Of a DNA stretch of 64,000 nucleotides, positions 52,103 through 63,870 are shown in pieces. Made by a program: the position numbers and the translations under genes. The notes under the pieces are model-generated. The model worked only from the letters and a program-made list of their open reading frames with translations. It did not search any database and had not been told where the DNA came from. The DNA is from Camelus dromedarius. Its lineage: Eukaryota. Position 1 is the stretch's first letter. Each line of letters begins with the position of its first letter. Location: positions 54,996,001 through 55,060,000 of the forward strand of contig NC_087436.1 in assembly GCF_036321535.1 (NCBI RefSeq), written 5' to 3'.

Positions 52103-52741
52103 TTTTTTCAGTTTTATTGAGAAATAATTGACACACATAACTGTAAAAGTTTAAGACATACAATAGGATAGTTTGATTTACATTTTGTTATATGATTACC
52201 ATGATAGTTTCAGCTAACATCTATCTTCTCATACAGGAAAATCAAAAGAAAGGAAAGAAAAGAGGAAAAATTTTTTTCCCTTGGGCTTACTTAGCTTATC
52301 TTAGGATCTATTTTCTTAACAACTTTCCTACATATCATAGAGAAATGTTAGCTATGCTTATCATGTTATACATTATATCCTTAGTACTTATTCATCTTAA
52401 AACTGGAAGTTTATATCTTTTGATCACCTTTCTCCAATTCCCCGTCCCTGAGCCTCTGCCTCTGATAATTACAAGCCTCGTCTCTTTCTCTTGGAGTTTG
52501 TTTGCTTTCTTAGATTCCACATATTAATGAAATCATAGTCTTTGTCTTTCTCTCTCTGACTTATTTCACTTTGCATAATGCCTTCAAGGTCCATCCGTGT
52601 TGTTGCAAATGGTAGGATTTCTTCATTTTCTATGGTTGAATAATAATCCATTGTATTCATCTACTACAACTTCTTTATTCATTTATCTATCGATGGACAC
52701 TTTGGTTGTTTTCATATCTTGAGTATTATAAATAATGCTGC
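52103..52741 (-). mobile_element. 5'-truncated LINE-1 3' end (L1MA9-like)
   Basis: ORF 52469-52660 (MDYYSTIENEEILPFATTRMDLEGIMQSEISQREKDK) is the ORF2 C-terminus; 3' UTR 'ttttattgagaaataattgaca'. Confidence 0.9.
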
Positions 52742-54632
52742 TTCTTAATGGTAGAGAAATGCTACTTTCATACATGGGCTAGCCAACGATTCACAGGAAG
52801 TTTCAATGATAATTTTATTTTTAACTGTTACAAGTTAATATAAATCTCACTGAGAGACCCCATGTTTGATTCATCTATTTTTTTTTTTTGCATAACAGTC
52901 TTTTCTTATGAACTTCAGGATAGAATAAGTTTTATTATCCCATTCTATATAATAGAAATTAATAATTATTCTTCAGAATTAGTTGACCAAGTTATACCAA
53001 ATTAGCATTATGAAAACTTTGCTCTTGAGGGAAAAATATTTGAAAGTATGCAACAAGTACAAAACTCTGAGAACCTTCCATCCAGAAAGTAACAAGTAGA
53101 AGCCTTTGAGCAGTCATTCATGCAAGCTTTGAAATTCTCTTTTAATAGGTATTTGATACAAGGTGTTAAGCCACTGAGAATCATTTATTCTGAAATCCTG
53201 CCTTTTGCTCTGCTAAGGATCTTTGTATACTGATAGTCTCAGAGGAATTTTTCTTAACGTCTTCAATTGCCTGTAGTGGGTATAATTCAAGAAGCTATTT
53301 ATTGCCTAATACTCTTTCTTCTGGAACAATTCTCAATCTGCCAGATTCTCCTGGTGAGTGAGATAGGGAAACACTTTGGTTTCTAACCTGTCTGGTAAAG
53401 TTTATATACAACAGCTTTATTTTCTAAATGTGCCTTTAGTGGTCTGAGACACTATCTCTTTGCAATGACCCAACTTACTGCTCCCTGGGAATAGTTCATC
53501 CATTAATCCACCTACAGAATTAGTTGATGAAGTATTTACTTTCTGTACACCCACAGCTTTTTTCCTTTCAAGGGACTCAGAAATTGTTTGTTTATTTGAT
53601 TGCTTGTTTTGCTTTGGGTTTTGTTTTTTATATGTCCTGATCACTCATATCAACAGTAGTTTGTATAGGTCCCCTGTGCAAGGATAAGTATTTTAAATGG
53701 GATCGATCAATCTATCTATCTTTCTATCTTTCTGTCTATCTAAAGTTAATTCAAACCAAATTTATGTATGGAAGAGGGAATTTGTGCTTAGTAAATTCAG
53801 AGGAAAGTAAAAGGAAGATTTATACATATAATAAATATGAGATCCAGAAAAGCAGAGGCCATTTTTGGTACCCCTTACATCACCTACTTAGTGCCTATCA
53901 CATAATAGAATCTCAGGATAAAGTACAGATCATTTGAATTAGTACTGTGGCCTCCAACTCACTCTTTTCTGACTACACAGGACATTCCCTTTAATGGGAC
54001 ACTGAAAGAAGTAAAATTTATTGATAACAATGTTGCTTATATTTTTAAAGACGCTTATATGAAATAAAAACATAATGATTATAAATAGCAATTTGGTTTA
54101 CTATATTCTGACAATTGAAACAAAAGGGAAAATTAAGCAAAAAAAAAAAGAAAGAAAAGAAATTGACCATGAATTAGTTTAAGCCCCCCTTCCCTACTCC
54201 TTCTTCCTTCCTGCTTCCACTCCTTCCTTCTTTCCTTTCTTTTTTCTATTTCTCTATCTGAAAGCTACATTGTTAATTTCTGAACCTATAGGAGCTACTC
54301 TTTTACAGTCAGAAGAGAAGCTAAGATTTGAGTTGTAGAGAAAAAATATTAACAGATGTCAGAAATCCTGATCAGAGTCAAATAATCATGCATTAGAAAT
54401 CAACTAGACTTAAAATATTTTAGACTAAAATAAAATAGATCATGATTAGTCCTTGCTCTCTTTTGGTTGTAGATTACAGCACCCTCATACTCTCTTCTGA
54501 CAATTCCCTATGAAAAGTCTAACCATACTCATTGCCAATCACTGTGAACAGAGCTCTAAGTAGAGAATTATATCACACTGTGAAGACCATCCCCCTTTCT
54601 GGGTGCATTTATAATGATCATTCTATCGGTTA

Positions 54633-54866
54633 ATTCATTCATTCATTTTCAAAATCTTAAGTGACAGTAGAGTAGTGAATGAAACAAAGTCCCTGATTTC
54701 TTGGGGCTACTGGAGGAATCATAAAATAAACAAACAAATAAATAATGTCAGCTTGTAGTGTATGCTGTGAAAAAAATAAAACAGGCTGTGGGCATAGAGA
54801 ATAAGAAGATTGGTAGGGTCCTGATACAGACACTATGATTATGGAAGGCCTCTCTAAACAGGTAAG
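54633..54866 (-). mobile_element. LINE-2 3' end
   Basis: 'attcattcattcatt...agtgaatgaaacaaagtccctg...tgctgtgaaaaaaataaaacagg...ggaaggcctctct'. Confidence 0.7.
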
Positions 54867-55210
54867 TGTGATGGCTTTTTGATGTGTCAACTTTGCTATG
54901 CTATAGTCCCCAGTTACTTTGTCAAATAGTAGTAACCTAGATGATCCTATGAAGAAATTGTGCAGATATAATTCAGGTTTCTCATTAGTTGACTTTAAGT
55001 CGAAGTAACTATGCTAGATGAGCCTGACTTAACCAGTTAGATGGTTTTAAAATCATAGTTGATGCTTTCCTGAGAAACAGGGGCAATTTTGTCTATGGAC
55101 AACAGTTTTATGCCTGTGGAGTTATAGTCTCCTCATGATCTTCCCTTCCTGATGTTCTACCCTACACACTGTGGACTTGCTAAGCCAATCCTTACAAATG
55201 CAAAGCCATG
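54867..55210 (+). mobile_element. ERVL LTR (MLT2E/F-like), partial
   Basis: Starts 'tgtgatggctttttgatgtgtcaactttgctatgctatagtccccagtta'; also 'agttgactttaagt'. Confidence 0.8.
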
Positions 55211-55239
55211 CCCTCTAAGTGAGGCCCCCCAAAATCAAA

Positions 55240-56165
55240 TCAAATCAACCACTCATTGACAGCTGTTGAGACTTCTCTTTCAAGTTTGCCATGTCCCGTG
55301 TTTTGGCATTCAGACCACTCTCATCTGCCATTGGTATTATTAAAATGTTGCAGGAGCTTCCAAACTTGTTTCTCTGCATTTGGTGTTCAATTCTCTGCTC
55401 CTTTTTCACTGTCAGAGGTGTCATTCTAAAGTGCAAAACTGATGCCATCACTTCCCAGTTTAAAACCCTTAATAGCTGTCCGATACTTCCAGGACAAAGT
55501 TCCACCTCCTGCCATAGCTGCTGCTGCTGCTGCTTCCTCTTCTTTTTTTTTTTTTTTTTCCTCCTGGCAGATCCACACAGTTCTTTATTTTATTATAGCT
55601 GTTTATTTTATTTTACTATAGCTGTTGAAAAGGAAGCTGAGTTTTTTGTTTGTTTATTGTGGAAAATATACATAACATAAAGTTCACCACTTCAACCATT
55701 TTTAAAGGTACTTGCCATAGCGTCTGAGGCCCTCATGATTTGGCTTTGTTTATATCCCTGCCCTCACCTGCACCTTTTTGTCACTTCTAACCTTGCACTC
55801 TAAATCAGCTGTACCGAACAGTCGCTGTTTCTCTAATGCACTGTACTGTGTAAACCATGGCACAGGCATTGCCCTCGGCACAGACCCTGTAACCTCCTGC
55901 TATTCCTTCTGCAGGTCTCAACCTAGAAGCCACTTTCTCTGAGAATCCATCTCCGGTAATACTTTAAGTGACCTGTTTCTGCTCCTAGGGTCCTCTGTGC
56001 TTATTCTGAGCCCAGTACATACCAATTAGGCTTAAAATGGCCCATTTTCATGACTGTCTGCTCTACTAGACCAAATTCCTTGGCAGAAAATGTGTTTTGT
56101 TTTGTTTTCTTCACTATTGACTCCAGAGGGGCTAGCATAGTATCTGACACAAACTATGAAGTTCA
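55240..56165 (+). mobile_element. LINE-2 3' region interrupted by a short retroposed insert
   Basis: 'tcagaccactctcatct...gtcagaggtgtcattctaaagtgcaaaactgatgccatcacttccc' through 'ctactagaccaaattccttg...gctagcatagtatctgacaca'. Confidence 0.75.
55519..55710 (-). mobile_element. Short retroposed insert: L1MB-like 3' tip, about 85 bp of non-L1 DNA, then poly(A), flanked by a TSD
   Basis: TGCCATAGC at 55510-55518 and 55713-55721; L1MB-like 'ttattgtggaaaatatacataacataaagttcaccacttcaaccattttta'; T run at 55543-55559. Confidence 0.65.
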
Positions 56166-56719
56166 GGGCAAAATAGCATCAGTGCCTAGAAGAGATTTGG
56201 CCAAAGAAGATAAAAAAGGAGCTCTGATTGTGTATGAGAATGTCTTCCTTCTATCTACTTAAATGAACCTTTCTAGAGGGTTACAAGTAGGTAAGATTGT
56301 GGTCCTTTCTCTTGGTATGAAGAAGATCTAGGGGGAAATTTGTATAACTGACATTATATAAGGCCAACATGCAGAGGGGCCCAGAGAAAATTTGGGTTAA
56401 AGGTGCTTTTATCTCATGGATATGTTAGGTCTCTTGACCATCTAACTTGCTCTAGTCCTACCATTGTCTTATCCAGGTACCGCTGTTGGCATCTATCTGT
56501 CAGAACACTAGACGAATGCGTATGTGTTTGAGCCCTGATTGAGGGCGTAGTTTAACTTCCTAACCAGGGAATTTCTAGGTCCCTGGCTAATTAAGAGCTA
56601 AAGTGCAGCCCTTATCTATGTACCACAGAATATTCTATTATATTCAAAGTGGCTTTGTTTGCTCATTGTATATGGAAGACCTCTAGGGACACTGGAATTA
56701 GCCCAGCCAGGTATTCTTT

Positions 56720-56985
56720 TTATTAACTCAACAAATAGGTTTTTAGCCCCTGTTATATGCCAGGCTCTGGGGATAGAGCAGGGAACAAGACAAGCCAGGT
56801 AGATGTTCTAGCACCAATTAGGAACTAGGAGAGGAGGGATACATCAAACAAGTGAAAGTGTGATGTGTTCATTGAAGGAGTATAACAGAGCACCATGGAA
56901 GCATATGTGGGAGGTTGGAGATGGTTTCTCTGAGGAAGTGGTGTGTAGTCTGTGGCAGATGAAAGGATGTGCACTAATTGAGGAT
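56720..56985 (-). mobile_element. LINE-2 3' end
   Basis: 'tcaacaaataggtttttagcccctgttatatgccaggctctggggatagagcagggaacaagaca'. Confidence 0.75.
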
Positions 56986-58027
56986 TGAAGTTTATTCAGA
57001 AGACCATGTTTTCCACAAGCTTCATGGAAGAATCTTCATTCCTGACACTGAGGCTGTCTGTTGAGTTGCCTTCTCTTGCTGGTCCTGTAGTCAGTGTTGG
57101 ATTTTATTGCCTTCAGAGTGGTGAGAGCACTGCAGTGCAGCACTCTGAAAGTTCCAAAACTGTGCTAGGCTTCCAAGGAAACTCAATGAAAAGAAACTTG
57201 CTGTAGCCAAAACAGAGGGACTGCAATCCTAACTGCTACCACCTACACCGAAGCCAAGTCATCAGACCCTGATGCCACCACAACTGTTGTCACTAGCACC
57301 ACTTATGATGTAGAGTTGCCTAAGGCATGGCCAATGCCACACCAATGCATTGAAGAGAATTCATTTCTCCATGTCTGTGCGCATGCATCCAACAGAAAGT
57401 GTTATGTGAACTACCCTCTAATTTCTGCTGCCCTTGCATCCAACAGAAAGTGTTATGTGAACTACCCTCTAATTTCTTTTCCTTTTTAATTGAGGACTTC
57501 TCTGAGACAACTAAACTGGCCCACAAGGATGAGAGCAGATGCATTGGATAAATCTGCACAGTAGATGCCATATTGTACTGAACACTGCCCTTAATTCAAC
57601 CACAGGGCACTATAATATGACCATGATTTTTTTGAGACTGACTTCCTTCATAAGGATTTATAAGAATATTTACATTAGTATCAAGTAATATAAAGCTCCT
57701 GTGAGTTGCATAGAAAATATTTGATGCCATTGTTGCCTTAGTACAAAGAAACATATAATCAAATCCGTATCAGTAAAGGACATCTTGTTATTCAGTGAAA
57801 GTGTACTACATGACATCTTTAATTAAATATAGATGATATATACCCTATAAATACAAATATTTTAAAAATTAGCAAGTAGCAAAGGTCATACATTCTGGAA
57901 CATCTTTAGGGGACACTTTTTTTTTGGTAAATACACCTGTATTTTTGCTTCATAGATTCAGCCTATGAAATAGTGATTTATGAATTATTTTAAAAAGACT
58001 TTGATATACAAATCAGCTAAATACGTC

Positions 58028-58035
58028 TGACGTCA
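58028..58035. promoter_or_regulatory. Perfect CRE palindrome TGACGTCA (candidate site only)
   Basis: CTGACGTCAG with intact CpG; AP-1 motif TGACTCA at 58070-58076; function not shown. Confidence 0.3.
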
Positions 58036-59828
58036 GTGTAATTATTATTTAGAAACATTCAGATCTGATTGACTCATTGAAAATTTTGTCACACAAATCT
58101 GAAATGACAAATTCATTACCTAAAAGTATTCATCCCTAAATTTTTGCATATATTAACGTCACTATATCACTTCTTCTCTGAAATAGTAAAATGGATACTC
58201 TTAAACATCTCTTACATAGTAGGCTTTACAAATACTTTTTTACTCCCATTCCTGAGATGGAAAATATTTTCTGGCCAAGAGTCAAGATTTTGCTTTTCAT
58301 GCTAAACTTCTGTCATGAAAGAAAATCAGGTATCGGAAACAGAAGAGATTAAAGTATTCCTGATTCAAATCTCTATTTTGAGGAAGCCCAGGTCACTGTC
58401 AGATGGACTATACCTGTGGTTTCTTGATTAAATGAAGCAGTGGATAAGCTGGACAATTGCTAAAGGTATTGACTTTCTATCTCACAAACTTATGGGTCTC
58501 CAAAACTGCAAAGCTGGAACTTTATACTTAACTCAGTCTGCTCCTTCTGTGCTCTTACGTTGCCCACTGTAAAGGTATTTTTTTGGATTGAATAATATTA
58601 GATTAGATCCAGAAGACTGGATAAGAAATACTTACTGATCTATCCCACTGGAATTCCTACCTCAAATGCTATCAAATTTAAATTCTAATCACTTTATTTC
58701 TTTCCTTGATAAATTTTCTATACTAATTATTATGAATCATTTTCCAGTTAGTGTGTTTCGGACTATTTGTAGCTATTTCACAATATAATCAATTGCAGAC
58801 TTTTCACAGCTTTATTTGTAAAAATTCTTTGTTCTTAAGATCTTAAGTGAAAGGATCAATAAAAATCAAAACCTACGTTTTGATGTCCTCTGAGATTTTT
58901 GGATTAGATAATACATTGAATGCTGTTAGGAAAAATGATGATGTGTTTCATGAAGTGACAGTGAATAAAAGGCTAAGGTATTGATCTTAATCTCTTCAAA
59001 ATGCTTAAGAATGGAAATATAAGGCAGCAAATGATAAAAATAGTAGTTAATTTTATCAAAAGGGAACTGGTTGTCTGTTTTGATCTGTGGTCTTTGATTA
59101 AGCCACTCAGATTTGCTTGAAGAAGGAAACAAAGAAGTAGGATGAAGATGAAAAAGGAATTTAGAATAAGCTTTCTGAGATATTTCACGAAATCTAAAGA
59201 AAGACATGTGTCCAAACTTCTTCAGGAACTGACTGGTTATTGATTCTGTTTTCACTAAATTAATTGCAATTAAAAATTACTAATTTTTAGGATTTTGTTT
59301 CTCTCTTTGTTCTGGGTCTTGAGAAGTTGTCTCTGCTTTTTATTACATTTTGATTTATGCTTGTCTCCTTTTTCTCTGAAACCAGCTTTCTCTCCATTTC
59401 CAAGAAGAGGCTATTAACTTTGAAACCAACCTGCACATTTCTAAAAAAGAAAGACATGGTGAATCTAGCCTGAATGGAGTGTCCATCTCTGGCCCAATCA
59501 GCAATGACCAGAGGTAGGTTTCATGTGGTACAAACATGATAAGAGGTGGTCTAACTCTACAGGATGGAAGGGGAATTTTCAGAAAAATAAAATAAACCAT
59601 AGGTTAAGCAAACATCACAAGATTTCTCTTCTGTCAATATATCATCAGCTTTTAGGGTAAAATAACAAATACAGGGGTAGGGACTTCTGTCCAGAAAATG
59701 ATTTGATCATAAATGAGGGAAACTTTTTGAGAGGAAACATCTTATGTTTTGACTATGACTAATTATGATCTGGGTAACTCCTGTTTTTTTTTTTAATGAT
59801 AAAATTTGAAAGATTCTTTCATGGCCAT

Positions 59829-60285
59829 TCTATTAGTCAGAGTTGTAAAAAGACCCAGTAAGAAATAGGATGGATAAAGGGAGAGACAGGAACAGAAACA
59901 GAAAGAGATTGATTTTAAGGAATTGGCTCATGCCATTTTGAGGGTTGGTAGGTGGCAGGTCGAAAATCCATAGGGCAAACTGGCTCATAGGTGATTCAGG
60001 CAATAGTTGATGTTACTGTCTTGAATCCAAAGCCTGGAATCTCAGGGATAATTTTCATATTGCTATTTGGAAGCAAGATTCCTTCTACTGCAGGAAACCT
60101 CAGTCTTTACTCTTAAGCACTTCAACTTATTGGATGAGGCCCACCCACATTATGGAGGGTAATTTGCTTTACTCAAAGTCAACTGATTGTAAATATTATC
60201 CACATCTTAAAAATACTTTTACAGAAAAATCAAGCAACTGGTCACCATGATCTAGCCAAGTTGACACATAAAATTAACCATCACA
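59829..60285 (-). mobile_element. ERVL solo LTR (MLT2D-like) with near-perfect 5-bp TSD
   Basis: 'attttaaggaattggctcatg', 'ttggatgaggcccacccacattatggagggtaat'; ends 'gccaagttgacacataaaattaaccatcaca'; flanks gccat and gtcat. Confidence 0.9.
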
Positions 60286-61969
60286 GTCATCAGACTTCCT
60301 TGTTTTTCTGTATTAATGATGAGCTGCTAACTACCTAAAATTCTATAAGGAGAGTCTGTTTTTGTTGTTTATCTTCCTGTGATTGTATTTCCTAAACATG
60401 GGGTAATTCAGTATGTTTTCGTATTGTTATTTAGGAATGACAGAGCTGACAAAAATGCACTTGTGTATATATATTTGTAATTACTTTTTAAAATTTCAAG
60501 TGCTGTACTTCATCACTTGCAAACTGTTCTCATATCCTTGCAACAAATGGAATTTACACCATTGTCATGTCTGTGATAATGGTAAAGAAAGAAAAGATGT
60601 CTTAGGGTTGCAATAAATTAACTACTTTCTCCTTTCATTGCTACAACTAGCCAGGCCAAAAATAGGGGGGAAGCATCTCAAACTACAGGGAATATTGAGA
60701 ATAAATTCTCACATAAGTCAAATGAGATTGCCTAAATAAAGTGAAAGGTCACAGAGATCTGAAACTATTAGAAAAAATATTACAACTATTGTGGAGAGAC
60801 TAAGGGCATCAACCAGCTAGAAAAGCAGAATGACAGAAAAACTGAGAAATAAAAGGAATTTAGAACAACTAGCATGAGCAGATGGTTATAGATCCATGTT
60901 GTTGAAGTCCACTAGGAAATTCAAAGGGTAAGCAAGAACTGGGTTTTACAAGCTGAGGGTTCAAGGACAATCTCCACTGAATTGTTAATTAAAAAATTAA
61001 TTATTTGATCTCAATTTAGGTCATTCTGTTAAGTTGGTTTATATTTAGCAATGTTTGTAGTCACACTAATGAAAAATAAAGATGGGATATTGAGTCCTGA
61101 ATTTGAGTTTATCATCACAAATCAATTAGATGAAATCAGTATTTCATCACATGTATGAAATGTTCTTATCTATAAAATAGAGTTCTTTTAGATTTGTTAA
61201 ACAGAATGAATAAGGTTATAGTTCTCAAGCCTAGGTTACCTCATGTTGTTTAGAAAGACATGCTTCTGTTTGTTGTCACCATTATAAAATGGTGACATTA
61301 TATGCTGCCAATAACACACACTCAATCTAATTGAACTGTATAATCCAGAATGAGGGCACTTGTACTCATGCTATGTGCCAATAAGTCCTGGAGGTGAGAT
61401 GCCAAAACATTCCATACATTTATCACAATACCCAAAGTATTCATTTTTTTAAAAAGGTTATTTTAAGTTGATTTTTACTGTATTAATTTTATGTGAAATT
61501 TCTGGTAACTCTGTCTTATGGTTCCATCCCTTTGCTCCAACATAAGACAAAAAAGGGAAATAAAAGAAAAAAGACTATACATTATATTCTATAATATGCT
61601 TATGTCTAGACTAGTGGCAATCAAGCTCTATGGGCAGGTAATCATGTTCTACATTTAATAAACTATGAACACAGAACACACATGAGTAGAGTTTCCTGCG
61701 CTAATCAAATAGAAGACATAAAATGTTAATGAAACATTTAATGGTCTACATAATCATTATTCTACAACATAGTAATTAGGTATAAAATTGTAAGCAATTC
61801 ACATGAAAGTCAATAATCAAAATACCTTTTTGTGATTGTTTGTACAGTGTCACTCCCTTTTTATAGTGACACTGCTCAAGCAGTGGCGAGCATTCTGGTG
61901 GTTGACATGATAAGAACAACTCCTAGCTCATATCGGTTGAAGAAAAGGAAAGAAGATTCAACATCAGTT

Positions 61970-61971
<2 letters not shown>

Positions 61972-62015
<44 letters not shown>
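61972..62015. repeat. (CA)22 microsatellite
   Basis: Perfect dinucleotide run read directly. Confidence 0.97.
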
Positions 62016-62019
<4 letters not shown>

Positions 62020-63599
62020 CCTTACACTCTAGAGTCTCCTCTGTGTTTGTTTCCCCTTTAATGCCCTTCATCAAACCATCAGTCTAATATTTTCACAACT
62101 CCTCAAATGCTTGCATGTTTAAATGGAGGAATCAAAAATGTTTAAATGGAGGAATCAAAAGGTAGACTTGTACCACAGAAACACAGTGATGCATTGAGCC
62201 AATGTCTTAAAAATGTGGGAATTATGTTGGGTAGGTAGAGAATGAAATTTTAGGCCAAGAGTCAAGGGTGGGGCTTAAAAGGGGAGAGACATGGCCCAGA
62301 AAATGCTCTGGGGCTGGATTTGAGTAGGGCAGGAGCTGGAGAAAGAATGTGCAGTGGGTTTTCATGCCCAGGTAACATACAGGTTCTGAGACAGCTGGAT
62401 TAAAATTCTGTGACACCTGAGTTCCTTTGATTTTAAGGAAATCTTGGAAAACAGTATCAGAGACTGAGATAAATATTGAGGAACTGTGATTGCTCTTTCT
62501 TACTGTGCCACTCTCAGCTTCCTGAAACCATGAAAGCAAGTTTCCCTTGGGAACCGCATACCTGCTCATCTTGGGCTCAGCCCATCATTCTTCATGAGCA
62601 GAAAGCTGGGAGCTGCAGCCTCCATCACCTTTCTGGAGTTCACCCAGCCTACAATTCTCCTGCCTCCTTCTGGGCAACCTCCATGAGGTGGCTACTTCCA
62701 TTTGTCTGGTGTTTGCATTCCTCTTTTTCAAAGACTCAGCCAAAGGAGCTAGGCAGGAAAGGAATGATTTAAATGAAGGGGTTACCCTGTAGAGGCATGA
62801 ATGGAAAACAGTACCTTCTTTACTATACCTTTTACTTTTTCCCTTTTTTAGTGTTCTCTGTTATTCTGTGTCAGAAAATGGCTAGAGGTAAAATGAAAGC
62901 TCTTTTTTTCCATCACTCCTGCCAGCTCCCTGCAGGTGCGAGGAATTTGGTGGAATCCTACATTTGTGCCTTAAATTAAGCACAATGTAGCAGTTTGCAA
63001 CTCAGAGTTAAAAGAAGAATGTTTTCTCAGCAGGCAAGAATCCTCAGTGTCAACATTTAATGGACACGCAGAAAGGGCTAGAATGACACAGATTTGCCTG
63101 CTCCAAATTTTCTTCCTACTGTGTCAATCTGGTTTCACCCACATTCCCTGATAGAAGTTGGGCAATTTCTTCTCTCCTCAGCTTTGAATTGTTACTCTCA
63201 GCATCTTCCAGCCCATATCCATTGCCTCCTAAACAGTGCACACTCTGAACCCATCCATTTTTTCCTCCTTTTCTCACATCTGTATTTAAGGGGGGAAAAA
63301 AAGCACAAAATTTCTGGATTCCCAGCTTGGTTTATAATCCTGCTGATTTAAGCCACGTATTACGAAGTACTTGTTAAAAAATACAAGATAATGTTAAACC
63401 AAACTTTATTCGTTTTGCATTGAGTTGTAACTGTATGCTAAGCAAACATAGAGGCTGGCTATTTGGCTTTCCTTTTTTGGGCACCCAGGTATTAAGAATT
63501 GAGTACTCCCCAGTTTATTGGCCCTTTCATCTTCAGTCTCTGCAAATTGCTCTCTTAGTTTTATTTTTCTTTCATTCCAGCATCCTACTTCAGTTTACC

Positions 63600-63870
63600 C
63601 TCTTCCAACTATAGCTATCGACTCCTGTTTGCTGTATATCTCTGGATATGTATATATCTTAAAAGTTACATATATTGTACTTTTTTTATATATGTAAGTA
63701 GCTTTAATTTATGTAAATTGGATTGTACTAGAAATCTGCTGTTTTTGTTCTCCTCTCTTGTTTAAAGTTAGTGATATCTCTATGTAGGATTTATCAAAAT
63801 GATTTTATGTATCAGACAGTTCAGAGATTTTTCCATCACATTTTACTTTCAGCTCTATATTAAGTTGCTT
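63600..63870 (-). mobile_element. Possible ancient L1ME 3' fragment
   Basis: 'tttaatttatgtaaattggattgtact...tctgctgtttttg' loosely resembles an antisense L1ME 3' UTR. Confidence 0.35.

Noticed and set aside
54855..54870. Strong donor CAG|gtaagt
   Set aside because: Lies at the L2/MLT2 junction with no supportable upstream exon
55291..55680. 129-aa ORF with poly-Cys and poly-Phe
   Set aside because: Runs through L2, the (GCT)n repeat and the poly-T tail of the retroposed insert
57384..57477. CRISPR-like repeat-spacer-repeat
   Set aside because: Only two units, an 8-bp spacer, mammalian context and no cas genes; a simple local duplication
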